Assembly (NCBI GenBank): GCA_035701705.1 | Contig: DASSRT010000054.1 | Span: 1 to 45,487 of the forward strand | Direction of reading: 5' to 3' | Length of the DNA: 45,487 bases | DNA from: Rhodanobacteraceae bacterium | Lineage (GTDB): Bacteria; Pseudomonadota; Gammaproteobacteria; Xanthomonadales; Rhodanobacteraceae | Notes under the pieces: generated by a model | Database searches by the model: none | What the model was told of the DNA's origin: nothing | The model's input: the letters and a program-made list of their open reading frames with translations, nothing else | Part shown: in pieces, positions 19,265 to 29,064 of the stretch | Layout of the letters: each line of letters opens with the position of its first letter | Numbering within the stretch: the first letter of the stretch is position 1 | Translations under genes and position numbers: made by a program

Positions 19265-20581
19265 TCAGGCCCATGCCTGCGCCCGCAGCCAGGCCTTCAA
19301 GGCGGCGTCATCGGCGGCCAGCGGCTGCGCGGTGGCGGGGCGTTCCAGCATTGCTGCAAGTGCCGGCGGAACCGGCACGGCGTGGCCGATCAGGGGTTCC
19401 ACCACGCACTCGAACTTGGCCGGATGCGCCGTGGCGACCACCGCCCACGGGGCGCGATCGCCGCGTCCCCGCAGGTCATCGAGCAGCTGCAACGCACACG
19501 CCGTGTGCGGGCAGAACAGCTCGCCGTGATCGCGCGCGTGACGGGCGATGGTGCGCCGGATCGCCGCGTCGTCGATGCACACCGCACGCAATGCGCCGCG
19601 CACGCCGGTATCGTCGCGACAGGTCCAGCGCAGGCGCTCGAAGTTGCTGGGCGCGCCGACGTCCATCGCGTTGGCGAGCGTCGCGACCGCGGCGCGCGGC
19701 CGGTAATCGGCGCCGGCGAGGAATTCCGGCAAGGTGGCGTTGGCGTTGCAGGCGAGCTGGATCTTTCCCACCGGCAAGCCCAGCCCACGCACCCACAGGC
19801 AGGCCAGCGCGTTGCCGAGATTGCCGGTCGGCACGATGAAGTTGAGCGACTCGTGATGTTCACGTCGCCAGCCGAGGGCAGCGTGTGCGTAGTAACTCAT
19901 TTGCGGCAGCAGCCGCCCGAGGCTGATGCTGTTGGCCGAACTCAGCGGCAGCTCGCGCTGCAAGTCGGCATCACTCAGTGCGGCCTTGACCATCCGCTGG
20001 CAATCATCGAAACGGCCGGCCACGCGCAACGCCTGCACGTTGCCGCCGAAGCTGCCGAGTTGGTGTGCCTGCCGCGGCGAGACCTTGCCGTCGGGATACA
20101 GGATCACCACGCGTACGTCTGGCTGTCCGTGGAAGGCCGCGCCGACCGCCGCACCGGTGTCGCCGGAGGTCGCGACGAGGACCGTCAACGTCCGCACATC
20201 GGCACGCGGAAGCCGGCGCAGGCAGGCGGCGAGAAAGCGGGCGCCGACATCCTTGAAGGCCGCGGTCGGGCCGTGGAAGAGTTCCAGCACCCATGCGTTC
20301 GCGTCACCCGCCAGCGGACGCAGCGGCGTGGGGAAATCCAGCGTCTCGGCGCAGATCGCGGGCAGCTGCGCGGCCAGCGGATCACCGGCGAAGAATGGCG
20401 CCAGCAGCGTTGCGGCAGTGTCGGCCAACGTCGCGTGCGGATCGAACACCGCCGGGTCGAGCCGTGGCAGGCGTTCCGGTACGTACAGACCGCCGTCCGG
20501 CGCCAGCCCCGCGGCGATCGCGTCGCCGAGGCTGACCGCCGGGCTGCGGCCGCGGGTGCTCGCGTATCGCAACGCACTCAT
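19265..20581 (-). CDS. thrC: Threonine synthase
   Basis: 438 aa. [14 protein letters not shown]...GGLYVPE and the PLP region FKDVGARF. The start overlaps the thrB stop as ATGA. Confidence 0.95.
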   Translation of the reverse strand: MSALRYASTRGRSPAVSLGDAIAAGLAPDGGLYVPERLPRLDPAVFDPHATLADTAATLLAPFFAGDPLAAQLPAICAETLDFPTPLRPLAGDANAWVLELFHGPTAAFKDVGARFLAACLRRLPRADVRTLTVLVATSGDTGAAVGAAFHGQPDVRVVILYPDGKVSPRQAHQLGSFGGNVQALRVAGRFDDCQRMVKAALSDADLQRELPLSSANSISLGRLLPQMSYYAHAALGWRREHHESLNFIVPTGNLGNALACLWVRGLGLPVGKIQLACNANATLPEFLAGADYRPRAAVATLANAMDVGAPSNFERLRWTCRDDTGVRGALRAVCIDDAAIRRTIARHARDHGELFCPHTACALQLLDDLRGRGDRAPWAVVATAHPAKFECVVEPLIGHAVPVPPALAAMLERPATAQPLAADDAALKAWLRAQAWA

Positions 20582-21570
20582 GCGCTGTCACCGTGGTCGT
20601 CGCACAAGGCGGCGGCAGGTCCGTCGATCGGCGCGACAAAGCGGTCACTGGCGAGTCCCGCTTCCTCGAACGCGCCTCGCATCGCAGTGGCGGCGGCTTC
20701 GGCATCTTCGCGCCGCTGGTACCAGCCGAACACGCTGGGACCACCGCCCGAAATGCTGGCGCCGAGCGCACGATGGTCGAGTGCGGCCTGCTTCACGCGC
20801 GCAAAATTCGGCACCAGCGCCGCCCGCCGCGGTTCCACCAGCACGTCCTTGAGGCCTTCGCGTACCAGGGCCGCATCGCCGCGATGGCAACCGGCCAGCA
20901 GCAGCGCGAGATTGCCGCTCTGCGCCACGAATTCACGCAACGCGTAATTACCGGCCAGCGCTGCGCGCGCCTTGCGCGTTTCCAGCACGCAGTGCGGATG
21001 CACCAACGCGCAATGCCAGTCGCGCGGCACCGGGATGCGCAGCAGGCGTGATGGCGTCGCCAACACCAGTCCGCCCAAAAGCATCGATCCCAAGTTGTCG
21101 CCGTGGCGACCGCCGCTGGCAACGGCTTCACCCTCGAGCGCGAACGGGTACAGCGCCTCGCGCGCCAGCGGCCGTTCCAGCAACGCGTTGGCGGCCACCA
21201 GCGCGGCCACGCAGGAGGCCGCCGAACCGCCCATCCCGGAGCCGAGCGCGATGCCCTTGTGCAAGGTGAGTTCGAAGCCGAAGTCCAGCCCCAGCGTCGC
21301 GCACATCGCCAGCAGTGCGGCGCCGGCGGTGTTGCGCGCCGGCTCCATCGGCCACGTGTCCACCACACCATGGATCTCGGTGATGCGCACCCCGGGTTCG
21401 TCGATCATCCGCACTTCCGCACGATCACCTGCGCCGCCCATGCTGTGGCCGAGGATGTCGAAGCCGACGCCGACGTTGCCGACGCTCGCCGGCGCGAATG
21501 CGCGCGCAACGTGTGCGTGTGGTGCGCCGGAAGGCTTGTGCAGATCAGGGTCCATCGCAGTGGCGATCAT
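20578..21570 (-). CDS. thrB: Homoserine kinase
   Basis: 330 aa from the ATG at 21570, overlapping the hom stop as [20 protein letters not shown] and the GHMP motif [14 protein letters not shown]. The longer 509-aa ORF extension was discarded. Confidence 0.9.
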   Translation of the reverse strand: MIATAMDPDLHKPSGAPHAHVARAFAPASVGNVGVGFDILGHSMGGAGDRAEVRMIDEPGVRITEIHGVVDTWPMEPARNTAGAALLAMCATLGLDFGFELTLHKGIALGSGMGGSAASCVAALVAANALLERPLAREALYPFALEGEAVASGGRHGDNLGSMLLGGLVLATPSRLLRIPVPRDWHCALVHPHCVLETRKARAALAGNYALREFVAQSGNLALLLAGCHRGDAALVREGLKDVLVEPRRAALVPNFARVKQAALDHRALGASISGGGPSVFGWYQRREDAEAAATAMRGAFEEAGLASDRFVAPIDGPAAALCDDHGDSA

Positions 21571-22721
21571 GGCTGCACCGCCAGAGATTCCGCAATGCGC
21601 AGCACGTCCGCGAACACCGCGGCGGCGGTCACGTCCGGCCCGGCGCCCGGGCCTTGCACCTGCAGCGGATTGTCGCGGTAGCGGCGGGTGCTGAACTGCA
21701 CGATGTTGTCGGTGAGCCGCGTGTGCGCAAACGCGTGCGACGCGGGCACCTTCGTCAGGCGAACCTGCGCGCGGCCAGCGCGATCGAGGCTGCCGACGTG
21801 GCGCAATACGTCGCCGTCGGTCTGCGCGTCCGCCAGTCGCCTGGCCATGGGCGCGTCGAGTTCGTGCAGGCGCTGCATGAAGGATTCCAGCGGCAGCGCG
21901 GCCAGCGCGGGTGGCACCAGGCTTTCCACCTGCACGTCTTCCAGCGACAGCGATTGACCGGCTTCGCGTGCGAGGATCACCAGCTTGCGCGCCACGTCCA
22001 TGCCGGACAAGTCCGCGCGTGGATCGGGCTCGGTGAACCCTTGCGCATGCGCTTCGCGCAACAGTGCGGAAAATGGTTGCTGGCCGTCGTGGCGGTTGCA
22101 CAACCACGCCAGCGTGCCGGAGAACATGCCCTCGATGCCGAGCAACTCGTCACCGGTGTCGAGCAGGTCGCGCAGGGTTTGCACCACCGGCAATCCCGCG
22201 CAGACAGTCGCTTCGCCACGAAAGCGCGCGCCGGTCGCACAGGCCCGGCGGATCGCCAGCCAGCGCTCGAGCGGGCCACTGCCGGCCATTTTGTTGGGCG
22301 TGACCACGTGGATGCCTGCCGCCAGCCAGCCGGCGTAGCGATCGGCCACAACATCGCTGGCGCTGCAATCGATCAGCAGGGCGTGGCGGCCGTCATCGCC
22401 GCGCACATGTGCGGCAAATTCGTCGAGATCGTTCGGGCGCCAGGTTTGCGCACGCGGCTGGCGTGCATTGAGATCGGGGTCGTCGCAGTCCAGCCACATC
22501 TGGCGGCTGGCGACCACGCCGCGCAGTTCCAGTATCAGCCCGATCTCGCGTTGCAGGCGTGGTTGGGCCGCGCGCAATTGTTCCAGCAGGGCAGTGCCGA
22601 CGCGCCCGGGGCCGATCACGCCCACTGCCAAGGTTCGCCTGCGCGGAATTCGCGTCGCCGCCGCGAGAACGGCTGGTGACGGGAGCGGGGTGGCGGCGAT
22701 GGACGAAACGCAGACGTTCAC
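21567..22721 (-). CDS. hom: Homoserine dehydrogenase, stand-alone but ThrA-type (no aspartokinase or ACT domains)
   Basis: 384 aa. GTG at 22721 follows [26 protein letters not shown] (NAD-binding) and [28 protein letters not shown] resemble the HSDH half of bifunctional ThrA. Confidence 0.88.
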   Translation of the reverse strand: MNVCVSSIAATPLPSPAVLAAATRIPRRRTLAVGVIGPGRVGTALLEQLRAAQPRLQREIGLILELRGVVASRQMWLDCDDPDLNARQPRAQTWRPNDLDEFAAHVRGDDGRHALLIDCSASDVVADRYAGWLAAGIHVVTPNKMAGSGPLERWLAIRRACATGARFRGEATVCAGLPVVQTLRDLLDTGDELLGIEGMFSGTLAWLCNRHDGQQPFSALLREAHAQGFTEPDPRADLSGMDVARKLVILAREAGQSLSLEDVQVESLVPPALAALPLESFMQRLHELDAPMARRLADAQTDGDVLRHVGSLDRAGRAQVRLTKVPASHAFAHTRLTDNIVQFSTRRYRDNPLQVQGPGAGPDVTAAAVFADVLRIAESLAVQP

Positions 22722-22810
22722 GGTGACTTCCTGTTGAGGTCCCGTCCCGCTCGGCGGATTCGGTTGGCACCGGCCCGCCTCGTCGAGGGCGGGACCGTTG
22801 CGTGCAAGGC

Positions 22811-22882
22811 TTACTTGCGCACGAACTCCCGCCCACGGCCGGTAGTGGTCGTGGTCGTCGTCGTGGACGCGGAAGCGATCAT
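22811..22882 (-). promoter_or_regulatory. thrL: thr operon leader peptide, 23 codons with 8 consecutive Thr codons
   Basis: Hand translation of the minus strand gives ATG ATC GCT TCC GCG TCC ACG ACG ACG ACC ACG ACC ACT ACC GGC CGT GGG CGG GAG TTC GTG CGC AAG TAA, i.e. MIASASTTTTTTTTGRGREFVRK. It is too short for the ORF track. It lies 89 nt upstream of hom. Confidence 0.8.
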
Positions 22883-22967
22883 GTCACCGGCAGGCAGCGG
22901 CGCACGCCCGATCGCGATCGGGTCGCTTGACGTGCGCTCTGGCGGGAATGCGGGTGACATGCGGGCG

Positions 22968-22997
22968 ACGATAGGCGGCCTGCACACGGGCTGTCAA
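22968..22997 (-). promoter_or_regulatory. Candidate sigma70 promoter for thrL-hom-thrBC
   Basis: On the minus strand: TTGACA (22997-22992), an 18-nt spacer, then TATCGT (22973-22968). About 85 nt upstream of the thrL ATG. Sequence match only. Confidence 0.35.
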
Positions 22998-23072
22998 ATG
23001 ATTTCTGCGACGAAGCGGCGCGCGCGATGCGACGTCCATCCAGCCGTCCAGACGGCCGAATGCCGGCAGCGG

Positions 23073-24029
23073 TCAAGCCTGCGCAAAGGCAGGGCGCGCG
23101 TCGAGATCGACGTTGCCGCCCGTCAACACCAGGCCGACGCGCTTGCCGGCAAAGCGTTCGGGTTGTGCCAGCAAGGCCGCCAGCACCACCGCCGAGGAAG
23201 GTTCCACCGTCTGCTTCAGTTCCGCCCACAGCAGCCGCATGGCGGCGAGCGTGGCGGCATCGTCGATGGCGATGATGCCGACGCGGTGCTCGCGCAGCAG
23301 TTCGAAGTTCGGCGCGCCGATGGTCGCGCGCAAGCCATCGCAAAGGGTGTCGGGGACAATGTCCGTGACGCGCTCACCGCGTTGCAGGGATTGCAGCGCA
23401 TCGTCGGCGCCCGCCGGTTCGGCGCCGATGATGTCGGCCGCGGGCGCCAGCGCCCGCAACACGATCGCGCAGCCGGACACCAGCCCGCCGCCGCCGACGG
23501 GAGCGATCAGCGCGTCGAGATCCGGCACCTGTTGCAGCAACTCCAGTGCCAGCGTGCCTTGCCCCGCGATCACCCACGCATCGGCGTAGGGATGCACGAG
23601 GGTTGCGCCGGTGTCGCGCTGTACGCGCGCGCAGGTTTCCTCGCGCGCGGCCAGCGTCGCAGCGCAAAGATGGATGCGGCCGCCGGCGCGCTCGATGTTG
23701 GCGAGCTTGGCCGCCACCGCGCCTTCGGGCACCACGATGTGCGCGGGGATGCCGCGCGTCTTCGCGGCCAGGGCCAGGGCCGCGCCGTGGTTGCCCGAGG
23801 AGTGGGTCACCACGCCGCGCGCGGCTTCTTCGTTCGACAGCGACCATACAGCGTTGCAGGCGCCGCGAAACTTGAAGGCGCCGCCGCGCTGCAGGTGCTC
23901 GCATTTGAAAAACAACTGGGCACCGGCGCGCGCGTCCAGCGTGTCGTTGCGCAGCACCGGAGTGACCCGTGCATGCGCGGCGATCCGCGCCGCGGCGCTG
24001 CGCACCTGCGCCAGGTCGATCGTGTTCAT
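23073..24029 (-). CDS. PLP-dependent threonine/serine dehydratase (short form, no ACT regulatory domain)
   Basis: 318 aa from the ATG at 24029. FFKCEHLQRGGAFKFRGACNAV (PLP-lysine motif), SSGNHGAALA and GGGGLVSG. It overlaps the upstream gene stop as ATGA. A serine-racemase or hydroxyaspartate-lyase-like activity cannot be excluded. Confidence 0.85.
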   Translation of the reverse strand: MNTIDLAQVRSAAARIAAHARVTPVLRNDTLDARAGAQLFFKCEHLQRGGAFKFRGACNAVWSLSNEEAARGVVTHSSGNHGAALALAAKTRGIPAHIVVPEGAVAAKLANIERAGGRIHLCAATLAAREETCARVQRDTGATLVHPYADAWVIAGQGTLALELLQQVPDLDALIAPVGGGGLVSGCAIVLRALAPAADIIGAEPAGADDALQSLQRGERVTDIVPDTLCDGLRATIGAPNFELLREHRVGIIAIDDAATLAAMRLLWAELKQTVEPSSAVVLAALLAQPERFAGKRVGLVLTGGNVDLDARPAFAQA

Positions 24030-25033
24030 GGCGCGATCTCCAGCTCGACGCCGCAGCGGAAGACACGCTCGGCGCCCGGCCGCAACCGGATCGCGTCGGC
24101 GCACTCGGGCCGGTTGAAGGCATTGGCCATGCATTCCATCGGTTCCAGCGCCACCGCCTTGCGCGCATCGCGCGCCAGCGTGTCGGCGGTGTAGACGTGC
24201 ATCACGCCGCGCTCCTGCCATAGTGCCAGACCGAGGCCAGTCGCAGGATTGCGCAGGCGCGTGCGCATGCGGCCGTCGGCGTCGGCGGCAAGGTCGGTGT
24301 AGCCCTGGTCGAGGATGCTGTCCGCAAGCCGGCGGGGTTCGCGATAGTCCAGCGCCGGCACGTCGTCCACCGGCACATACGCGGCTGCACCGGGCAGCAC
24401 GATCATGTCGGTGTCGGTGCGGATCAGCGTCTGCGCCGGCACGCAGAGTTCCCACTCGGCGATGGTTTCGGTTCCGACCCGCCAGTACGGATGCCAGCCG
24501 AAATAGCACGGCGCCGGGTCGTCGCCGACGTTGCGCATGCGCGCTTCCAGCGTGAGTCCGACGGCGGCCAGCGTGAACGTCACCGCGAGGTCGATGGAGA
24601 ACGGATAGCCGGGCCGTGGCCGGATCGCCTGCGTGGCCAGGGTCACGCTGGCGTGGTCGTCGTCGGCCGCGCTGGCGACGAGCTCGAAGTCGGCATCGCG
24701 CACGAAACCGTGGCGGCTGGCGCGCGCGGCGCCGGTCACCCCGGGATCGAGATCCTGCGCGTGTCCGTCGAAGTGGTAGCGCGCGTCGGCGACGCGGCCG
24801 GGAAACGGCGCCAGCAGCGCGAAGCGGGAGCCGGGCCGCCCGGCGATTTCCGCGCCGCTTCGGTAACCTTCGGCCAGTTCGTGCGTAACGCCGTTCACGC
24901 GCACGCTGAAGCTCACTACCGCGCCGCCGTGCAAGGCGACCTGCAGGCGGCGTCCGCACTCGAAATCTTCCAGCACGACCAGTGGTTGACCGTCGAGTGA
25001 ACCGGAGCCCACTGTGTAGCGACAATTGCCCAC
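24026..25033 (-). CDS. Aldose 1-epimerase (galactose mutarotase-like) family protein
   Basis: About 335 aa. The family call rests on overall pattern (...GYPFSIDLAVTFTL..., ...FGWHPYW..., ...ALEPMEC...). There is no in-frame ATG. GTG at 25033 (after AGGTGA) or GTG at 25012 are the candidate starts. The upstream 680 codons of the 1020-aa ORF are antisense to pepN and were discarded. Confidence 0.72.
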   Translation of the reverse strand: MGNCRYTVGSGSLDGQPLVVLEDFECGRRLQVALHGGAVVSFSVRVNGVTHELAEGYRSGAEIAGRPGSRFALLAPFPGRVADARYHFDGHAQDLDPGVTGAARASRHGFVRDADFELVASAADDDHASVTLATQAIRPRPGYPFSIDLAVTFTLAAVGLTLEARMRNVGDDPAPCYFGWHPYWRVGTETIAEWELCVPAQTLIRTDTDMIVLPGAAAYVPVDDVPALDYREPRRLADSILDQGYTDLAADADGRMRTRLRNPATGLGLALWQERGVMHVYTADTLARDARKAVALEPMECMANAFNRPECADAIRLRPGAERVFRCGVELEIAP

Positions 25034-25096
25034 TGCTTCACCTGCCCGGGAAAGCCGGCATGTTACCGTAGCCGTTTCACTTTCATCGTTACCGTC

Positions 25097-27730
25097 ATGT
25101 CCGAGCTTGACCAGGCCGTCGCCGCGCTTCCCGTCCGCCTTGCCGATTATCGTCCGCCCGCGTGGCGCATCACCCAAGTTGAATTGGTGTTCGATCTCGG
25201 GATCGACGAGACGCGCGTCCACTCCCGGCTCACGCTTGCGCGTGACCGCGACGAACCGTTGTTCCTCGATGGCGAGGATGTGGAACTCGTCGCAGCGCAG
25301 CTGGACGGGCACACGCTTGGCAGCGACGGCTACAGTCTCGGTTCCACCGGCCTCACGATCGTCGGCGCGCACGATGGCAGTGTGCTGGAATTGGACGTGC
25401 GCATCGACCCGGCGCGCAACACGCAGTTGGCGGGCCTGTACCTGTCCGGTTCGCGCGAGCGCGGCTTCCTGCTGACCCAATGCGAAGCGCAGGGCTTTCG
25501 CCGCATCACATTCTTTCCCGACCGGCCCGACGTGTTGGCGAAGTACGACGTCACCCTGCGCGCGCCGAAGGATCGTTTCCCGATCCTCTTGGCCGGTGGC
25601 GAAGCGACCGAATCGGGCGATCTCGACGACGGCCGCCACTACGCGCGCTTCATCGATCCGCACCCGAAGCCCTGCTATCTGTTCGCACTGGTCGCGGGGC
25701 ACCTGGAAAAAATCGAGCGCCCGTACCGCACCGCCGATGGCCACGACGTGATGCTGACGCTGTGGGCCGAGGCCGATGCGATCGGCCGTTGCCATTACGC
25801 GATGGATGCGCTGGAGCGCGCGATGCGCTGGGACGAGCAGGCCTTCGGGCGCAACTATGACCTGCCGGCGTTCCACGTGGTCGCGACCCACGACTTCAAC
25901 ATGGGCGCGATGGAGAACAAGGGCCTCAACATCTTCAATTCGAAATACCTGCTGGCCGACCCCGACACCACCACCGACGACGAATACCGCCGCATCGAAG
26001 CGGTGATCGGCCACGAGTATTTCCACAACTGGAGCGGCAACCGCGTCACCTGCCGCGACTGGTTCCAGCTTTCCCTGAAGGAAGGCTTCACGGTGTTCCG
26101 CGAGCATTCGTTCTGCGAGGCCATGCATTCGGCGTCGCTGAAACGCATCGAGGATGTGTCCGCCTTGCGCCGCGTGCAGTTTCCGGAAGATGCGGGACCG
26201 CTCGCGCATCCGGTGCGTCCGGCCGAGTACCAGGCCATCGACAATTTCTACACCGCGACGGTGTACGAGAAGGGCGCCGAACTGATCCGCATGCTGCGGG
26301 GCAAGCTCGGCAAGGCCGGGTTCCGTCGCGGCACCGACCTTTATTTCGCGCGCCATGACGGCCAGGCCGCGACCATCGAGGATCTGCTGGCAGCGCTCGG
26401 CGAGGCCAACGAGACCAGCCTGTCGCCCTACCTCAAGTGGTATGCGCAGGCCGGCACGCCCGAGGTGAGCGCGCGCGGCGAGTACGACGCCGCGGCCAGG
26501 CGCTACACGCTGACGCTTGCGCAGCACACCCCGGCAAGCGCCGGCCAGCCACACAGGCAGCCGCTGCCGATTCCCGTCAACGTGGCCTTGTTTGCCGAGG
26601 ATGGCAGCCGCTTTCCCAACGCCCGCGTGCTGGAACTGACCGGTGCAGAGCAGGCCTTCGTGTTCGAGGACACGCCCTCGGCGCCGACGCCCTCGCTGCT
26701 GCGTGGTTTCTCGGCGCCGGTGCACATGCGCTTCGACTACAGCCCTGCGCAGCTGGCCTTGCTGGTGCGCCACGAGAGCGAAGGCTTCGATCGCTGGAAT
26801 GCCGCGCAGCAGCTTGCCACGCGTGCGTTCGATGAAGCCCTGGGCGGCGCGCACGAACAGACGGCGACCGCGGCGTGGCTGGAAGTGCTGGCGCAGTTGT
26901 TCGCAGCGCGTGCCGATATCGATCCGGCCCTGCTCGCCGACCTGTTGACGCCACCCTCGGCGCTGGAACTCGGTGCCCGCCAGAGTCCCTTCGATCCCGA
27001 CGCGGTGCATGCGGCGCGCGAGTCGCTGGAAAATGCATTGGCCCATCGCCTTGGTGGTGCGCTGGCAACGGCGTACGCCGAATTGCACGCCGGTGAGGCA
27101 GGAGATCTCGGCCCGGACGCCTCGGCACGCCGCCGCTTGAAGGGTCGCGTGCTGGCACTGCTGCAGCGTGGCGGTGCCGGCACCGGCGCCGCGTTGGCGT
27201 CAGCCCAATTCGATGGCGCGCGCGGCATGACCGATCGACTCGCGGCGCTCGCGGCGCTGCTGCGCGCGGGTGCGCCGCAAGCTGCGGCGGCGCTGCGCGC
27301 GTATCGCGAACGTTTCGATGGCGATGCGTTGACGCTCGACAAGTGGTTCATGCTGCAAGCCATGCAACCCAACCACGCCACGCTGGAACGCGTGCAGGCG
27401 CTGGAAGCCGATGCTGCCTTCACGCTGGCCAATCCCAACCGCGTGCATGCCCTGCTGGGCGCCTTTGCGCGCGCCAATCCGGTTGCGTTCCACCGTCCGG
27501 ACGGCGCCGGCCACCGTTGGTTCACCGGCAAGCTCGCCGAGCTGGACACGCGCAACCCGCAGCTGGCGGCGCGCCTGGCCAAGGCGTTCGAAGACTGGCC
27601 GCGGCTGGAACCCAAACGCCGCGCGTCGGCGGAAGCCGCGCTGCGCGAACTGCTGGCTCGCGGCAGTCACTCGCCCGACCTTGGTGAAATCCTCACGCGG
27701 ATGCTGGCGGCGGGTACGACCGCTGGCTGA
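25097..27730 (+). CDS. pepN: Aminopeptidase N (M1 family)
   Basis: 877 aa. GAMENKGLNIFN exopeptidase motif and HEYFHNWSGNRVT...E zinc motif. Confidence 0.95.
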   Translation: MSELDQAVAALPVRLADYRPPAWRITQVELVFDLGIDETRVHSRLTLARDRDEPLFLDGEDVELVAAQLDGHTLGSDGYSLGSTGLTIVGAHDGSVLELDVRIDPARNTQLAGLYLSGSRERGFLLTQCEAQGFRRITFFPDRPDVLAKYDVTLRAPKDRFPILLAGGEATESGDLDDGRHYARFIDPHPKPCYLFALVAGHLEKIERPYRTADGHDVMLTLWAEADAIGRCHYAMDALERAMRWDEQAFGRNYDLPAFHVVATHDFNMGAMENKGLNIFNSKYLLADPDTTTDDEYRRIEAVIGHEYFHNWSGNRVTCRDWFQLSLKEGFTVFREHSFCEAMHSASLKRIEDVSALRRVQFPEDAGPLAHPVRPAEYQAIDNFYTATVYEKGAELIRMLRGKLGKAGFRRGTDLYFARHDGQAATIEDLLAALGEANETSLSPYLKWYAQAGTPEVSARGEYDAAARRYTLTLAQHTPASAGQPHRQPLPIPVNVALFAEDGSRFPNARVLELTGAEQAFVFEDTPSAPTPSLLRGFSAPVHMRFDYSPAQLALLVRHESEGFDRWNAAQQLATRAFDEALGGAHEQTATAAWLEVLAQLFAARADIDPALLADLLTPPSALELGARQSPFDPDAVHAARESLENALAHRLGGALATAYAELHAGEAGDLGPDASARRRLKGRVLALLQRGGAGTGAALASAQFDGARGMTDRLAALAALLRAGAPQAAAALRAYRERFDGDALTLDKWFMLQAMQPNHATLERVQALEADAAFTLANPNRVHALLGAFARANPVAFHRPDGAGHRWFTGKLAELDTRNPQLAARLAKAFEDWPRLEPKRRASAEAALRELLARGSHSPDLGEILTRMLAAGTTAG

Positions 27731-27812
27731 ACACGCCGCTGCGCGAGCGTGCCCTCGCGCGTGCATGGGCGTACCATCGAGTACAGGAATCACCGGTACG
27801 CGGAGGTGCGTG

Positions 27813-28733
27813 ATGTCCAGACAATCTCGACCGAACGCGTGGCCTCGCCACGCACGTCTGGCATGGCTGGCGGTCGGCGCGTTGTTGCTCGCCGGTTGTG
27901 CGACCGGATACCGCTACGTGCAACCCACTGCCTCCGGCAGCGGTGGTTACTACACCAGCAGCGGACCCTATTCGGGCACCGGTTATTACGACGACTACGG
28001 AACCGGCCCGTACTACGCCGGCACCAGCGGTTGGGGTTACTACAACGGCAGCCCGCCGTATGCATGGACGTACGGTTACGGGGGCTACGGCGGCTGGGGT
28101 TACTGGCCCGGTGGTTATTGGCCCGGTTATTGGACGGGCGGTTATTGGGGTGGAGCCGGCTTTGGATTCGGCGTTTCCAGCGTCTGGAATTTCCCCGGTT
28201 ACTGGGGGCCGTGGTACACCAGCTACCCGCCGTTCTGGTGGGGCTGCCACCACCGCCACTGCCGCAACTATCGAACGAATCCGGGTGGCGCCGAGCACGC
28301 GCAGTATCTCGGCGTGATGTCGCTGCGGCCTTCGCTGCCGTCGTCCAGGACGCCGTCGCCGCAAGCCGTCCGCAGCGCCGCATTGCCGCGGGATTTCGGC
28401 GCGCGCGGTGCCGACCACTGGATGCGTGAGCGCACGGCGTTCGATCACGAGCGCTTCGTGCGCGCGCCGGTCGCCCGGCAGGGGCGCGTCATGCGCCACC
28501 CGAACGTCGCGCCGGCGGCAGTAGGCTATTCGCCACGCCCGTTGGCGTCGCCACCGCAAGCTCGTTTGCCAGTCGATTTCGCGCAGCCTCGAAACAGCAC
28601 CTATCGTGAGGGCTATCGCGCGCCGCCGCGCGCAGCGCCGCGGCCGTCCTTCCAACCGCGTGCCCGCGCGCCCGAAGTCGCGCCCGCACCGCGCCCGCGC
28701 GATTCCCGCGATCCCGACACCCGTCGCCACTGA
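27813..28733 (+). CDS. Lipoprotein with a Gly/Tyr/Trp-rich low-complexity core and a Pro/Arg-rich tail
   Basis: ATG at 27813 follows GGAGGTG. The signal peptide has the lipobox LLLAGC. The core reads GGYYTSSGPYSGTGYYDDYGTGPYYAGTSGWGYYNGSPPYAWTYGYGGYGGWGYWPGGYWPGYWTGGYWGG. The 440-aa ORF N-terminal extension overlaps pepN and was discarded. Confidence 0.65.
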   Translation: MSRQSRPNAWPRHARLAWLAVGALLLAGCATGYRYVQPTASGSGGYYTSSGPYSGTGYYDDYGTGPYYAGTSGWGYYNGSPPYAWTYGYGGYGGWGYWPGGYWPGYWTGGYWGGAGFGFGVSSVWNFPGYWGPWYTSYPPFWWGCHHRHCRNYRTNPGGAEHAQYLGVMSLRPSLPSSRTPSPQAVRSAALPRDFGARGADHWMRERTAFDHERFVRAPVARQGRVMRHPNVAPAAVGYSPRPLASPPQARLPVDFAQPRNSTYREGYRAPPRAAPRPSFQPRARAPEVAPAPRPRDSRDPDTRRH

Positions 28734-28784
28734 TATTTCGTGTCAGGGATGCCGTGGCGGCAGGGCGATACTTTTCAGCATGCT

Positions 28785-28824
28785 TCCAAACAAAAACGGA
28801 GACCGCCTCACGGCGCTCTCCGTT
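28785..28824 (-). terminator. Rho-independent terminator of the 67-aa gene
   Basis: Minus-strand RNA reads AACGGAGAGCGCC-GUGA-GGCGGUCUCCGUU followed by UUUGUUUGG: a 13-bp stem with one mismatch, a tetraloop and a U-rich tail. Confidence 0.65.
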
Positions 28825-28860
28825 GCAAGATCCGGCCCGCTTCAGCTGGCCGGTGAAGCC

Positions 28861-29064
28861 TCAGACGGCGAGGTGCGTTACCACGTCACCCAGCTGATGC
28901 AATTTGCTTTCGATCGGCTGCAACATCTGCTGGCGCATGTTGGCCGGGCAGTTTTCGCGAATCTGGTCGGCGCGCAGTTCCAGCTCACCCATCTGGATCA
29001 GCATGTCGTGGTGCCGGCGGACCGCTTCCAGTTCCTCATTGCTCATTTCGACGAAGCTCATCAC
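28861..29064 (-). CDS. Small hypothetical protein (67 aa, predicted helical)
   Basis: A strong RBS (GAGGAGAAAG) precedes a tandem ATG ATG at 29064/29061, and its own terminator lies downstream. MMSFVEMSNEELEAVRRHHDMLIQMGELELRADQIRENCPANMRQQMLQPIESKLHQLGDVVTHLAV. No family recognised. GC is lower than in neighbouring genes. Confidence 0.6.
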   Translation of the reverse strand: MMSFVEMSNEELEAVRRHHDMLIQMGELELRADQIRENCPANMRQQMLQPIESKLHQLGDVVTHLAV

